Source of the DNA: Guillardia theta CCMP2712
Lineage: Eukaryota; Protista; Cryptophyta
Assembly: GCF_000315625.1 (NCBI RefSeq)
Contig: NW_005434647.1
Location: forward strand, 52,103 to 116,102
Direction of reading: 5' to 3'
Length of the DNA stretch: 64,000 nucleotides
The notes beneath the pieces are model-generated. The model was given only the letters and a program-made list of their open reading frames with translations. It had not been told where the DNA came from and ran no database searches. Below are positions 1 to 18,821 of the stretch, piece by piece. Position numbers and translations under genes: made by a program. Position 1 is the stretch's first letter. The number at the start of each line of letters is the position of its first letter.

Positions 1-1330
1 GTCAGGAGGAAGGAGGACCTGAGCCAGGCGAAAGTTGACCTTGTGTTGGATGACTTCCGAGGCAGGACTGTCAGTGATGCGGGGAGAGGTCACATGCTGA
101 GACTGCTGTTTGCTGTCCTGCTGACTGTGGTGTAGGGATCGTCAAAGATTTTGACAAGAGGATCAAACCAGGAGAGAAAGTCAAGATAGCTGCATCCTTT
201 GCAAACGAGGATTGGTGCCAGCCCTACGTGGGTCAGGTTGGGGTGCTGGTGGAACCGGATCCTGCGACTCACGGTACTTGTCCTCATTTCGATCCCTGTG
301 ACCTGCTGTGTCAGGTACGTGGAAGGTTCACTTCGCTCGTCCACCCACGCCACCACGCCAGCTGTCCCCCCCTCCTGCTCCCCCACCACACACACACACT
401 CCTCTCTCTATCCTGCCTCCTCCTCGTATGCAATTCTTGCTTCTCTGTCAGCCTGTCACCCAAGGTACTCGATAGCACTTCTCGTTTGTCTCTTTCTTAC
501 CGCACGTCCGCTCCTTTCTTATCCTGGACGTTTAGTACACCACTGCTGTCTCCATAACAGGAACTGCAAGAGATCTTTTTTTTCTCAGTGCAACACACTT
601 TAAGTGAGTCTAAGATCCAAACCCCAAGAGATAAATTGCATTTGACTTCAATCAGCTAGTCATGCAAGGGTGTCATAGTTTCTATGTCGCGTCGCTGTGG
701 CATCGCAAGTACGAGAATGTTCTGGTGAACCACTCGGTCGTAAAATTGCTCCGTGAGCGCGCATCCATGCTTGAACAACAGGAGAGATTCTTTGCTGCGC
801 AACAAGGAAGGGAGAGTGAAGGAGAGGTGTTGCCCCAGCCTAGCATTTCCTCAATCACAAGCTCTGAGAACATGCAGTCCTTGGATTCCTCACTGCCGCC
901 TATTCAGCAGCCCAGTGGCAAGAGGAAGAATACCAAGGCCATGTTCTCCGAGGCAGAGCATGCCGAAGAGATTGTCTTCGCCGCTAAGAACAAGTTTGCT
1001 GTCAAGAGAGTCAAAGGCGGGGTTGAGTTCTGGAGACGGATCGAGCCCAAGGGAGCTGAAGACCCTTCGAGCAACGCGCTCACTAGAGAGCAGGGGCGAC
1101 AAGGAGCGATCGGAGCGAAGGAGTCCGCAGACAGGACGGATTCGTCCCTGTCAGAGCCAATCTACCTTCAGACTAATGTCAATACCTACCTCCCGCAGAT
1201 CCGAAACACCCTGGCAAAGATGTCCTTGGAGCGAGCCGCGCTGCAGCAGAGCTCGTACATGCTCAATCGGAGGTTTGCTCCGAGCAGGAGGGCCAAGAGA
1301 GCACCAGTGATATCTCTCTCGAAGGTTTGA
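1..1330 (+). CDS. 3' part of a spliced hypothetical protein (KOW/SH3-like motif in an early exon); 5' end lies outside the window
   Basis: Exons joined across GT-AG introns (~89-135, ~273-314) read ...GIVKDFDKRIKPGEKVKIAASFANEDWCQPYVGQVGVLVEPDPATHGTWKVHF...; long terminal exon is ORF 662-1330. Confidence 0.55.
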
Positions 1331-1637
1331 ACTTATGCTGGCTGCTGCCTCACTGTAACGAGGCAGAGATTCGATGTGATTTTGAGATGCTAAGTATATG
1401 TGATCAAGTAAATACATTGTGTGATTGTCGGATCGGCGTCGAGGGAGGTTTCGATGTGGATTCATGCGAATGTGACCGGAGATGTACTGAGATTGTTTCT
1501 CGTGTGCAGACACGGTTCAAGGCAAGAGAGTTTGCTTGAAGAGCCTTTAAGGGAGAAAGGGTATTTTTACAGGAAAACAATGTCTATGCAGCGCGTTCCA
1601 AGTGAGGAGAGCATGGTGGAGGCGATTGTGATTGGGT

Positions 1638-2837
1638 CTAGGCTTTTTCCGACTCTGCCACTTGTTCATCATCTTGACCACCATCAGCCTGAGAAGCAGA
1701 GTTGTCGTTATCAATCGCTTGTCCTGCTGCATGTGAGCGGCACATCTCACCATGGCAAACATCACCTGCATTGTCTGCTCCAGCCTCCTCTGGGTCCGCC
1801 AGTTTCTGCCGCTTGGCAGCAGAGGTTTTCTTGGCGTTGCTGATCTGATTTCTAAAGTTGTTCAAAGATTGCACCAGAGTCTCTTCAAACTCCTCGAACT
1901 CTGCTTCCCTCAGCGCCTGAGAGTTGCATATCACTGTGTGCTTGCAAGGAGGCAATCGCACTCTTCGAACCAACTTGGCTTGACAAGGAACCTTACCTCG
2001 ATGATGTCTTCGGGGTTGAGAGTAACCTTCTTCCTCTTGTCACATTGTTGCACAGCTCTGATGAACAAGCATGAGGGTGTAGATGAGAATGATCTCAGAG
2101 CAACATACAACTCAGTGATATAATGTATGAAAACGGTTGCGCATGCCGACAGGGCGACCCTTGCCTCTTTTGCAACCGCAACGTCTAGTTCAAGAATCGC
2201 GTTAGAACCCCATGTGACCACCGCACTTGACGCAGCTTGTATCTCATAGTTCGCAGCTTGTATCTCACAGAATCCTCACCCTCCTCACAAAGTTTGTTTG
2301 CAATTTCACTCTCTCGCGGCATCCCCAACCACAGGAACATCGCTCTACTCGACTCCGTCCACCCGATACATCTCCGCATGTACTCAACTATACATTCGAT
2401 CTTCGGATGAGATATCATGTCAAGATGTCTTCTTTCTCATATCATTCAATCCTTGTCATGTCATCTTTTCATCTCCTCAAAGCCTCGGCAGCCTCTCCTG
2501 CTGGCTTTGTCCAGACTTCCCGCATTATCCTCTGTTGTATCTCAAACTTCCACACTCCCGTTCCTCCATCGCAATTTCTTGACCCACCTGGCTAAAATTG
2601 CTCCTTCCCTGCTATGTCTGTATTCTCCTTTCTTGCCTGTCTCTTCCCTTTCTCCCCATTCTCTCTTTTCCCTTCTCAATTATCGATTGTTCATTCTTCA
2701 CGTTTAACGCCTCAACCTTTGTTTCCTATTCTGAATGCTTCGACCTTCGTTCGCCATGGTTTTCACTCACCTTTCGGCAGGTTCATCGCCATGATCTTGC
2801 TCACGTTCGACATCGGCAGTCGGTCTGCGTCCCCCAT
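1638..2837 (-). CDS. POLE3: Histone-fold protein, DNA polymerase epsilon subunit 3 / CHRAC17 / DPB4-like (NF-YB family)
   Basis: Exon 1 2837-2771 (MGDADRLPMSNVSKIMAMNLPK), GTGAGT donor, TAG acceptor ending 2185, then DVAVAKEARVALSACATVFIHYIT...CDKRKKVTLNPEDIIEALREAEFEEF and an acidic tail. Typical H2B-like fold of the NF-YB/POLE3 group; the exact orthologue is inferred. Confidence 0.75.
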
Positions 2838-2849
2838 GTTCCCGCCAAC

Positions 2850-3290
2850 TTCCTTCCTGTACCCCTGCCCCTGCACCCACTGACATACCCCCATGACCTA
2901 CAAAGAACCCCTCCCATTGACCACAATTTCACCCCTCCTTCCCGGTACCTCACCCCTTGGCACAATCTGGATCAATTAGAGTCCGCCTCAGAATTGCAAT
3001 TATCAACCACCCCTTCAGTTCTCACCACCCCTGGTCATCAGAATACCCCTCTAAAACCCAGCTTTCACCCCACCGTTTCACTACGAATGGCTTGACTGCA
3101 GCTCAATCCACCCCCTTGTTACAAGAAAACAGTTGGACCCCCACCCCCCATTTCCCGTCGATGCACCCCCACAATTCGACAACCCCACCCCTTCTCTGAA
3201 TTGAGAGTGCCAGGTCAGAGACCTGACCACCTTCACCCCATCCAAACATAGGAATTTAGTGGGTAGGGGGTCATCAGAGGGTCTTCGCTC
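2850..3290. promoter_or_regulatory. ACCCC/GGGGT-rich tract in the divergent POLE3/SEC13 intergenic region
   Basis: Dense ACCCC words, non-coding; the same composition recurs upstream of other genes. Regulatory role is inferred. Confidence 0.35.
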
Positions 3291-3360
3291 TATGAGCACG
3301 GGCGTGCGAGGAGAGGAAGGAAGGAGGCGGTAGAGAAGCAGCGAGAGAAGCAGCGATGAA

Positions 3361-3367
3361 GGCAGGA

Positions 3368-3440
<73 letters not shown>
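3361..3440 (+). repeat. (GGCA)n microsatellite
   Basis: Directly visible tandem GGCA. Confidence 0.95.
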
Positions 3441-3441
<1 letters not shown>

Positions 3442-3632
3442 TCAGAAGGACGATAAGTTTAAAAGTATCAAGGGGAAGAGTGCAGAAAGCTGTTGTGTTG
3501 GAAAATTAGGAAGACCAATATCCTTCATGAGGTAGGTTCAAACATGCGCAAGCAGACGTGGAAGCAAACAAGAAACGTCGAGAGAGTTGGAATGATATTT
3601 TTCACTGACATCAAATGAATTCAAGTTTCAGG

Positions 3633-5085
3633 ATGGCTGCAATGGTCGCTCAGCCACAATCTCAAGGGCCCATGCCAGATTCATCCATCGACACACAGCA
3701 TGAAGACATGATTGTAAGCCTTGTTGGTGTTTGACAGTGCTCTCACTCTCCTGCTAGCATGACGTGCAGCTCGACTACTACGGGAAGAGACTCGCGACGT
3801 GCTCGTCGGATCGATTCATCAAGATCTTTGACGTGAGCTGCTTGCTCCTCCTCCTCGCCCCCTCACGCCTCCTCCAAGGTTTCCCCGGATCAAACGTCCC
3901 ACCAACTTTCCGCTACCATCGCCGCGCATGAGGGACCCATCTGGCAGGTCTTGCCCTCTGCAACTCGGTCTTTGCCTTTCTTCATTGATCTGCTGGCCTC
4001 AGGTTGCCTGGGCTCACCCCAAGTTCGGGAGCATCCTAGCCTCTTGCTCGTATGATCGCAAGGTACGGTACGATGCTATATCCCTCGCATGCTCAAGTCT
4101 TCTGGTCTTTCCAGGTTTGTGTGTGGAAGGAGGTTCAGCTTCAGCAGTGGACCAAGATCTACGAGTACGCGGACCATCAGTCTTCCGTCAACAGCATCGC
4201 CTTCGCCCCCCACGAGCTCGGGCTGAAGCTCGCCGCCGCTTCAGCTGATGGAACAATCTCGATCTTGAGCTGGAGAGGTGCTGGACAGACTGGCAGCCTC
4301 GTGATCTCACTCGATCTCGCAGGGCAAGGGGACAACTCGTGGGACGAGCGTGTGGTGCATGACGCGCATCAGATCGGTTGCAATGCAGTTTCATGGGCCC
4401 CTGCTGCTGCTCCTGGCTCGAGCACTACGGCCAATGCCACGTCGCTACAAGCAGGTGGCATACAAGAAGAGGGGAGCAAACGAGCGAGTGACCTGGTTGT
4501 CAGCGTTTGTGAGCGGAGGATGCGACGGAGTTGTCAGGATTTGGAGGATAAAGGAATCGGGAGACGTGGTGCTCGACGAGGAGTTCAACCGCATGTATCA
4601 GGTGCGAGAGAGCCGGAACCAACTCATGCTGTCCCATGCTGATCTTGTCTCAGAGCTCTCAGCACTCTGGTTGGGTCAGGGATGTAGCATGGGCCCCCAG
4701 CCTCGGCCTGCCCGTCCAGGTGACGAGGTGCTGCTGGACCTCCGCATGTGACGTCATCGGCAGACCATCGCGAGCTGCGCGGAAGACAAGGTCGTCATGA
4801 TCTGGAGCCAAGCACCCGGCAAGGCCTGGTGGATCTCTGCTGGAGGTGTGTGCAGGCGGTGACGGCTGGTAGGACCTGCAAGAAGCTGCCGACGTTCGAT
4901 GCTGTCGTGTGGCGCGTGAGCTGGTCGCTGACAGGCAACGTGCTCGCGGTGTCATGCGGAGACGGGAAGGTGAAGCAGTGTGATGGGAGAAAGAAGCGTT
5001 GTGAGCAGAGGAGCAGGTGACGCTATGGAAGGAGAGCCTTGACGGCGAATGGAAACTCGTCGAGTCCATTGCGGACTCGCAGTGA
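3633..5085 (+). CDS. SEC13: Protein transport protein SEC13 (WD40; COPII/nuclear pore), multi-exon
   Basis: Spliced peptide [32 protein letters not shown]...[28 protein letters not shown]...[24 protein letters not shown]...[33 protein letters not shown]. Confidence 0.97.
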
Positions 5086-5170
5086 GAGGAGCTGGAGGAG
5101 GAGCCCAGCAGAGGTCACGAGAGTTCACCGTATATCACAAGAAAGAATATCAGCAGCCCCCCTCCTCTCC

Positions 5171-10916
<5,746 letters not shown>

Positions 10917-11604
10917 CGGTTTCTCCGCACCCTGAGAAGGAGTAGCGTCAACAAGATCGTATCACATGCTAAATAACTTGAAATCTCCTTGTCAGAAAGA
11001 GCTGGATCAATGGACGATGGTGATCTATTATGCGCGTGACACGAGCACTCAATCAAAAGGAAAACAAGTGAATGCATTGGATCGTTAATGCTCAGAAGGA
11101 AACGTGCAGCGAAACCAAGAGAATTGAGGTCAAGGAACGAGCGATAGTGTTCCCGCAAAGCTGCATGTAACAACAGCGGGGAGTAGAGACTTGAACGAGT
11201 GGGTGAACTGGAAGAGAGAATGGGCAGGGATGAGGGGTTCGAGCGGAGGGGAGAAGGTGAAGAAGGTTCGATTGTGAATGAATTTTCATGGGTGGAGAGT
11301 AGAGAGAGAGAGAGGAGGAGGAAGCAAGAGGAGGTGGAGAAGGGAGGGAGGGAAATCTACAAGAAAGAGAAGGCAAGCAGGCAGGCAGGCAAGCAGAGAA
11401 GGCAGGAAGGCAGGCAGAGGGAGTGAGAGAGAGACGCGGAGAGAGAAGAAGAGAGAAGAAGAGAAGGCGGTAGAGGAGCGGAGGTATAGCGAGAGCAAGG
11501 TACGCTAGATGGCAACACGCATGGACGATGGACATGGAATGATATTGTACGAGATTGACCGTTACTATCCCGTTGCATTCCAGAACTTTTCTCTGGAAGC
11601 CTCC

Positions 11605-12090
11605 GAACTCGGCGGCGGCCCGCCTCAGCGGCCATTCACAGGCCCCGGGCCGGCTGTCACTGGCTACGCCGGGGCCTGGCCGCGCCGTGAGTCACCGACA
11701 CCGACTCGGAGTCATAGCCCGGCCCAGTGCCAGGCCCTCACTCGCGGCAGCCCGGGCCGGCCGCCGGTCGGCTCAGCGGCTCCGCCGGACGTGACTCACA
11801 CGGCGGGCCCCCCGGATGCGGCCGGCCGGGCCCGGCGGCCCGGCGCCTCCCGGAGTCCCGGCCCTGAGTCCGGCGCCGGGGCCCCGTGTCGGAGTGGCTC
11901 GGAGTCTGCGGCCTACTGAGTGAGAGTGGGCCAAGCCAGCCTGGGCCGCCGGGCGAGTCTGTCAACTTGGGCCCGCCCGGGCCAGGGCCGGTTTCACCTG
12001 AGTAGGCTCAGTCACGACGGCCGAACTTCGGAAGTTTCCGAAGCGGTCACCGGGTCAAGCCGCCCGCCGCGCGGCCGCTGCACGGGACTC
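11605..12090. other. GC-rich block of CCGG/GGCC/GAGTC/GTCAC words upstream of USP
   Basis: Very high GC, dense short palindromic words, no credible protein. One of several such blocks. Confidence 0.6.
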
Positions 12091-12308
12091 CTTGAACAGG
12101 CTCAACATTGAGAAGGACTACAAACTGAAAGCATTTAACTTAAGTTCTAAGCCTGAACTCCGACCAAACCCCATCAGGCATCGGCTACTTCACGGTTTCA
12201 CCGTGACCGTCAGGTCTCGGATCAGAAACTGGCTTCTGGCAAGGAACAGAGCAGCTGACAACTCCATTCAATTCAGAAATATCTAGAATCTATTGATGAA
12301 ACATCTCT

Positions 12309-12664
12309 TTATGATTGATTCTCCTGAATCTTGTACCCGAGCTGTGAAACAAACTGTGTCAGTATCTTGGCACAGATTAAAAATCATGGTTCCCACAATT
12401 AAAAATCACTCAAGGTTCCCAAAGAGAGTGCCAAGGATAATATGCAACAGACGGAACGAAAGATCTCACCTGCAAGGCAGCATCTTCGTAGCTCACACCT
12501 TTCTGCTCAGCATATTCCTTGAGTTCACGTGCTTTTCTTCTCACGTCCATCAGACGGACAGCAATGAATCCACCTCCGTAGATTGTCACACCAAACAGTC
12601 CGACCACAGCCGAGCGATGCAGGACATCGATGAACTGCAACATGCCGTCAGATGAAATCGCCAT
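12309..12664 (-). CDS. COX14: Small single-TM protein, cytochrome c oxidase assembly factor COX14-like (2 exons)
   Basis: MAISSDGMLQFIDVLHRSAVVGLFGVTIYGGGFIAVRLMDVRRK... matches the COX14 pattern as I recall it (D-x-x-HR, TM helix with TxYGG, basic tail); intron, then LGYKIQENQS*. Confidence 0.6.
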
Positions 12665-13254
12665 GAAGCTTCGCCCTGAGGATCATCTTTCTCTCACTCT
12701 TACGAAACCAAGCAAAGCGTTACGGTGCAATTAACAACATACGTTGTAACACGACTATATGTCGGATGTTTTCAGACATCCTCGGCACTTCCTTTCTATG
12801 TACAGCAAAACTAGCAACAAACTCCAAGTTCTTTTGTCAGAGCAAAAATCGACAACACAAGAAGAATGCAAGGGTTGAGATTCGTGAAGCCATCATAACT
12901 AGTTTTGAAGTACTCTTTCTCTGTGTCAAAGATACTAACTCACTGGAACCCAAAGTGTCTTTTACACATATACTTATCTGCTGAAAATTTTCAAAGGATG
13001 TTCCGCTTCATTGCACTCATACTCCCTATCAATTTGGAATGCAAGAAAAGTTTCACTGAGTGAGGGCAGCAATGTACAATGTGGGTGATATGGACCTTGT
13101 TTCAGTGATAAAGGATGTTTCTAGCACTTCTCAACCTTCATCATCATTGAGTTCATTGTTTGTCGGGCTCATTCGTCACGCATTATCATATCGGCTTCCG
13201 CATGTTCTTGCTGCCTCCATCGTGCTCACCTTCATTGCGCTTAGTAAGCCGGCA

Positions 13255-14015
13255 GAGTACCCACTACCCCCTTGTTGGCTGACACCCACATGAATAAAAG
13301 GAGAGTGAACACATCCCACCCGGTTAAAATCCTCCATTTGTACCCGTGGTGTTTCCCTTTCAATCACCCCTGACCCCAACACTTTAGATCACCTCCCGCG
13401 GCCCGGCCCGGCCCGGCACCGGGCCGCCGCCCGCAGGCCCTGCCAGGCAGTACGGACGGTCACAGTGTCCTAGTCACGTGATCGGATCGGACCGTGACTG
13501 GCCCGGCCCCGGCAGTGCCGTGGCAGCCTGGCGCATGACTCGTGACGTGCCGCAGTGCCGCCCGGCCAGTGCGGGTTGCTTGACTGACTCAGGCTAGTAC
13601 GCCGGGGGAGGCTGACTAACTTAATTACTACTACGAAGTTCAGATCCGGGCCGCCGGTCACTGAGGCCCGGCCCATGGTCGCCAGTTTCCGAGCGCGGGG
13701 GTGAAAGTTTGAACTTGTCACAGTGAGTGTCGCGGGCCCGGGGGTCAGGCTTACAAACGGTTCCGATCAAGTTCTCTGGCTGCTGCAGTGAGGCTCAGGC
13801 TCCGACTCTGTCTCAGGCTTGCCAACGCTGTCTTCAATTTAGTTCAACGGTTCTCTCAGTTTGGATCACTGTCATTGAGAGTGGCAAGCGGATTGACTCA
13901 CAGTGTGAGGATCCGATCACTCAGAAGTTACAGTACGGTCCGGCATGATCCGATGATCCGATGATCCCGGATCATGATAGTACCGACGGTCGGTCATCCC
14001 TCGGAGGCCCGGACT
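13255..14015. other. ACCCC tract followed by GC-rich palindromic-word block (divergent COX14 / coiled-coil intergenic region)
   Basis: ACCCC words 13255-13395; GC block ~13395-14015 with GATCCGAT repeats; AT-rich segment 14030-14380 follows. Confidence 0.55.
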
Positions 14016-14416
14016 TGAACTTGCCAAAGTTGCCCAAACTTAAAATGAGTTTTATTCAAGAGCCAGTTCAACAGGAACTAAATTAAATCTATTATAAAGA
14101 AGTACCACAAGAGACTCGAAGTATACAGCCCCGTACTGATTTTAGTCCTCTGGAAGCGAATGTCACGAATTTAAAACAACTATAAATGCTAGAGTTCGTT
14201 TTTTGATAGGCTACTGGTAGTAACAGCTACGGTCATATCTACAAATATAAAACAAAAACATTTTATGATTTCAGTTAGCATCAGTTGTACCATTCATGAT
14301 ATAATGTTATAAAGGTACTGAGACGGAGCGTCCTAGTAGTACAGCTTTGTATTGTTTGATACTACCGAATTTTACACAGTGGCAGAGGCGACCCACCAGC
14401 TCCACCAGCCGCCGGC

Positions 14417-17400
14417 ATGTTCGCTCCTCCCTCCGGCAAAGCTTCTCCTCCTTCCCGCCCCCCACCCTCCCAAGACGCCAAGCAGAAGTCCTCTGCTCCT
14501 AGAATACCCGAGCGAAATGCCAACAATAAGTCAGCAGGGCCCGCGGCGCCTCAAACTCCCACACACTCTTCGGAAGGTGCCCCGCCTACTTTGCTTTGCG
14601 CTTGTTCATGCAACTTAGCGTCTCGCTCAATGTGTGAGAGACAGCTCACAGTCTTGCCTCAGGCTTGTCCGAAAACCATGACAACAAGATGCACAGAAGT
14701 GCCGACGAGACACAGGTTCATCCAGCTCGTGAAGAGGTGGCCAAGAAAGCGGAAGCCAAAAGCGGAAATCTGGAGCAGAAGATGCAGCTCATGGACTTGA
14801 TCTCTGAAAGAGAGTCATTGTTGCTGGAGAAGACAAAGTTGCTTGAAAATCTGTGAATGTTGCCTGGACGATCGATCTAGTTTGCTGACTTCATCACAGG
14901 AGGGTGGAACGAGAAAAATTGTACAGGATGGAAGCCAGTCAAATGCAGATGCAGGCCGAATCGCAGCGTTTCAGGTGCAGGATGAAGAGGATGAGGCTGT
15001 TGTAGATGAGGAATGATTGAGACAAATAGGGCTGAAAACCTAACTCTACAAGAACGCTTGAAGCAGCTCAAAGACGAAGTGGATCAACAGAAGGCTGCCA
15101 GTGTACCTGCCAACCAGATGGATGCTCTCCAGAAGGAATGATCCTGACACTTGAGCATTGATCTTGTGTCTTACACCAGTGACTGCAGGAGCTTTCAGAC
15201 AGCAAAACCCTCCTTGAAAAGGTGAATTCAGAGAAGGCTGAAGCACTGGAAAGTCTGAAAACAGCACAAAGGTTTACTACATCTGATCAGATTTCGTTTC
15301 TGAACATAGTTACTTTATAGCAAAGTGAAAGATCTTGAAAGTTCACAACAGGAGAAAAACAAGACAAAGAATAAAGACCTTGAGAAGCGAATTACAAAGC
15401 TCGAAGTAAAACAATCTCTACTGTCTGTTTGCAGCCTTAATTCCTTTTCAGAAAGAACTTTCGGATAGTGTACGACAAGCCAACACTCTTAAGGCTGATT
15501 TGCAGAAGAAAGAAGCCGAATTGTCAGATGTCAAGGTGGCCTCGTGCTGTGTGTTGTGATTGGAATTGAAAGTTGGCGTTCAAGGCTCAGAACTCTGCCT
15601 CGAAGGAGTCCGTGGATAGCCAAATAGTCCTCTTGGAGAAGAAAGTCAGTGACTGCAACCTGTGGTCTCGCATCTCCGATGTTGATGTTGTATTTCCAGA
15701 TTCTTGAATACGAGCGTGAGAAATCAGAGCTGACGAGTCGGATCCAATCGCAGAGGCATCAAGCAGCAAATGCACATCATGTGAGATCACTGAATGTTCA
15801 ATGTAGTGAGGAGACAGCTTCCGCAAATACAATGAAAGAAGAGTTCGAAAAGAGGCAGAATCTCTTGGAGGCTCAATTTGAAGATCTGCAGGTATGATGC
15901 CATGTCCTGTAGCATCCACCTGACACTTGTAAAAGAAACAGATGAAGGAGCAGGAAGATTCCATGTGCTCTGAGGTTTGTTCATGCCTTGCGGGATCAAT
16001 CTGCTTGACAGTGCATACGCAATGCAGATGGACAAGAAGCAACAACGGATCGAGCAGTTGGAGTCTGAGTTGAAAATCAAAGCAGGGCAAAGCGACACCA
16101 CGAAAGACAGAATGGCTGAACTCGAGAAGGGTCTCAACGAGGTGTTTCTGCTGGCTCACATCCGAATGTGCCATCATGACACTTTGCTTTGCCAGTCTCA
16201 TCATCAGATTGAAATGAAAGAGAAGGAAGTCCAGCATTTGCAGCAGTGTCTGAATAAGGCGGAGCAGGAACTCATTGAATCGCAACAAAAACTGCAAAAT
16301 CAAAATCAATCCGTGCACAAGGAACAAGAAGCAAAGGTATTCAAACTGTGAGGTGTGGAGTTTCTCATGGTGTGAGATGCCAGCTGGCCGAGAGCGAGAG
16401 GACCATCTTGGAGTTGAGCAAGAAGATAGAAGGTGCTCCTGGCATTCATCCTCCTGGTCTAACCTGTTGTGAAGGACTTGAGAAAGGACATGCTGAGCTG
16501 AAGGAGAAACATGACCTCTCTGTCTCAAACAATATGCAACAGTCAGCGGCGTTGAAAGATGCAGAGTCAGCGCTGACGGAAGCGGAAGAGCGATACAAGC
16601 AAGTGGTAGCTACTGCAAAACCTTCTTGAGCGTTGGATTGACTGGGAAAGCAGGCGGAATCGAGATTGGCTTTTGAGGTTCAGATCAAGGAATTGACCGG
16701 AGAGAGAAATGCTCTGGATGAGCAGTCAAAGGACATGCAATCCAAGATTGTCTCTTTGGAGCAAGAATTAAGAAGTCTGTCCTTGTCAAAGGACCAGGAA
16801 CTAACATCTGAGAAAACGAAGTATGAAACTGAGCTTGGAAGGCTTCAGGAAAAAAGCAAAACTCTCCAACAGGATCTGGAAAAAGCATACCTGGAGAAGG
16901 AAACCGTTTCGAAAGAATTGCAGAATGCTAAAGAGAGTCATGAGGCTTCTGTTCAGAAGCTTGTCAAAGAGATCGCAGGGCTGAAAGATACCGCTTCTAC
17001 ACAACAAAAGTCCATACAGGATTTACACATACATCGGTCAACTCTCGAGTCAGAAATCAACAAGAGAGATCAACAGAAAACTGAGCTCAATCAAAAGCTT
17101 CAATTCAGTGAAGAAAAAGTCCAGAAACTAGAGAGTGATAATCGCAAGAACAGTGAATCTTATCATAATGAGCTGGAACGAATCACTGCACAACACAAGG
17201 CGGAAACAAAACAGAAAGAAGCAGAGATGAAGATGACTCTCTCCAACATCCAAGAGAAATATGAGTCTAATTTGAAGGAGCTGAAGAATGTAATAGAAAA
17301 GCAGGCTACAGAGATTGAGACGAAAAACAAAATTTTCGCTCATCAAGAGGAACAATTCACAAAGCAAGTTCAAATTTTTTCAGGTAGGCTTGCAAAGGCT

Positions 17401-18742
17401 GATGAGGAAATTTCTCGCTTGAAACAGAGCTTGAAGGATTCGCATGATGAATTGCTCGCCAACCAGCAATCATCAGCGAGATCAAACAATCAGAATATGG
17501 AGGAGATTGGGAAATTAAAGGCTCAAATAAGCTCGATGAAAGATGCGTACACGATTGCCCAGGATCAGATAAAGAAACTGGAGAAGGAGAAGAAGGAGAG
17601 CGATTCAGAGAAGGTTCGAATTCAAGGAATCGCACAGTCTTCCGAGAAGGCTCATTTGTCGGACAAGCAAGCAATGCACAAACATATTGAGGATCTGAAT
17701 GCAGCTATCCAAAGAATGAATCAAGAAAACAAAGCTTTGATGGATCAGATCAAGAAACACTCCGAATATGCTTTGAAGTCGGACGAAGAGAGACATGCCC
17801 TGCAAGAGGATATCCGAAGGAAGCAGTCTAGTATCTCCGATCTTCAAAGAGACGTTGCAGCAAAAGCTAAGCGAATCGAAGAAGTTCAAAATCAAGCGAA
17901 CCAAGAGCGAAACGTTCTTCACAAGCAGCTGCAAGATGCTAATCAGAAGTTGGCTCTTGCAGCTGAAGCATTAACTTCTGCATCTTCGCAGTCAGCAGAG
18001 ATGTCCCGACTTGAGATTCAGATGCGAGGTGTCAAAATCTTTCTATGTTTGACATGCATACTGACGTCGGCTGTCTTCCAGCGCTCGCAAAGGAGAAGGA
18101 GCAAGATCGAATGAAAATTTCTGCAATGGAACATCAATTGCATCAATCTGAATCCATGTACAAGATGCAGATGGAAAGGACAAATGAACGCTTGAAGCAC
18201 TACGAGCGAGCTCTTTTCGACACACGTCAGGTATTGTTCTTGTTCTTTCACACATTGTTATTAGTGTTATCGTCCATTTTCTCGCCTCAATCTGCTGTCA
18301 GGTCCTTGCGATGAAAGACACAAAAATTGCGCAGCTGGAGACAAATCTTTCTAGGATGGTGAATTCAGATCAAGCCGCCAAGAGCGCTCAGGAGATTCAG
18401 CGTGAGAACGGAGGGATGCGAGTGCAGCACGTCGACACCAACGTTGTCAGTTATGGCAGATCGCCACAGATGGCTGTTCAACCTCTCCAGCGGTACAGCC
18501 CGAAGAGTGAAGGCGAGCAGAGGTCAGTCATGTATCAGGAGGCGAATGTCTCCAAGGTCCCTCTGCAAGTCGGATCTGACGAGAGCCCCATCGGCGTTGC
18601 TTCCGTGTCGACATCCAACGCTGGGTATGTGCAACGAATGCCCATGCAGAGAAGCAACGAGTATTACCCGCCGGCGACCAATCACATGCAACAGATGCAA
18701 CAGATGCATCCAGGGCGATATGACGAGAATCAGTTTTTCTAA
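14417..18742 (+). CDS. Large coiled-coil protein (multi-exon) with Pro-rich N-terminus and Q/M-rich C-terminus
   Basis: E/K/Q-rich heptad sequence in the 482-aa exon 16666-18114 and in flanking short exons; last exon ends ...GRYDENQFF* at 18742. Confidence 0.8.
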
Positions 18743-18821
18743 AGCTTTTTTCCTCTTGACAGAGCTGATCATATCTTAAAAGAACTGTACACAATAGTAT
18801 GGGCACGCAAGAAACAGTTTT

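Noticed and set aside
11509-12111. ORFs in GC-rich blocks (also 19987-20431, 21627-21998, 30276-30991)
   Set aside because: P/G/R/A-rich frames open on both strands because of GC content; no domain or splice support.
15587-16528. 313-aa minus-strand ORF
   Set aside because: Antisense shadow of the coiled-coil gene.
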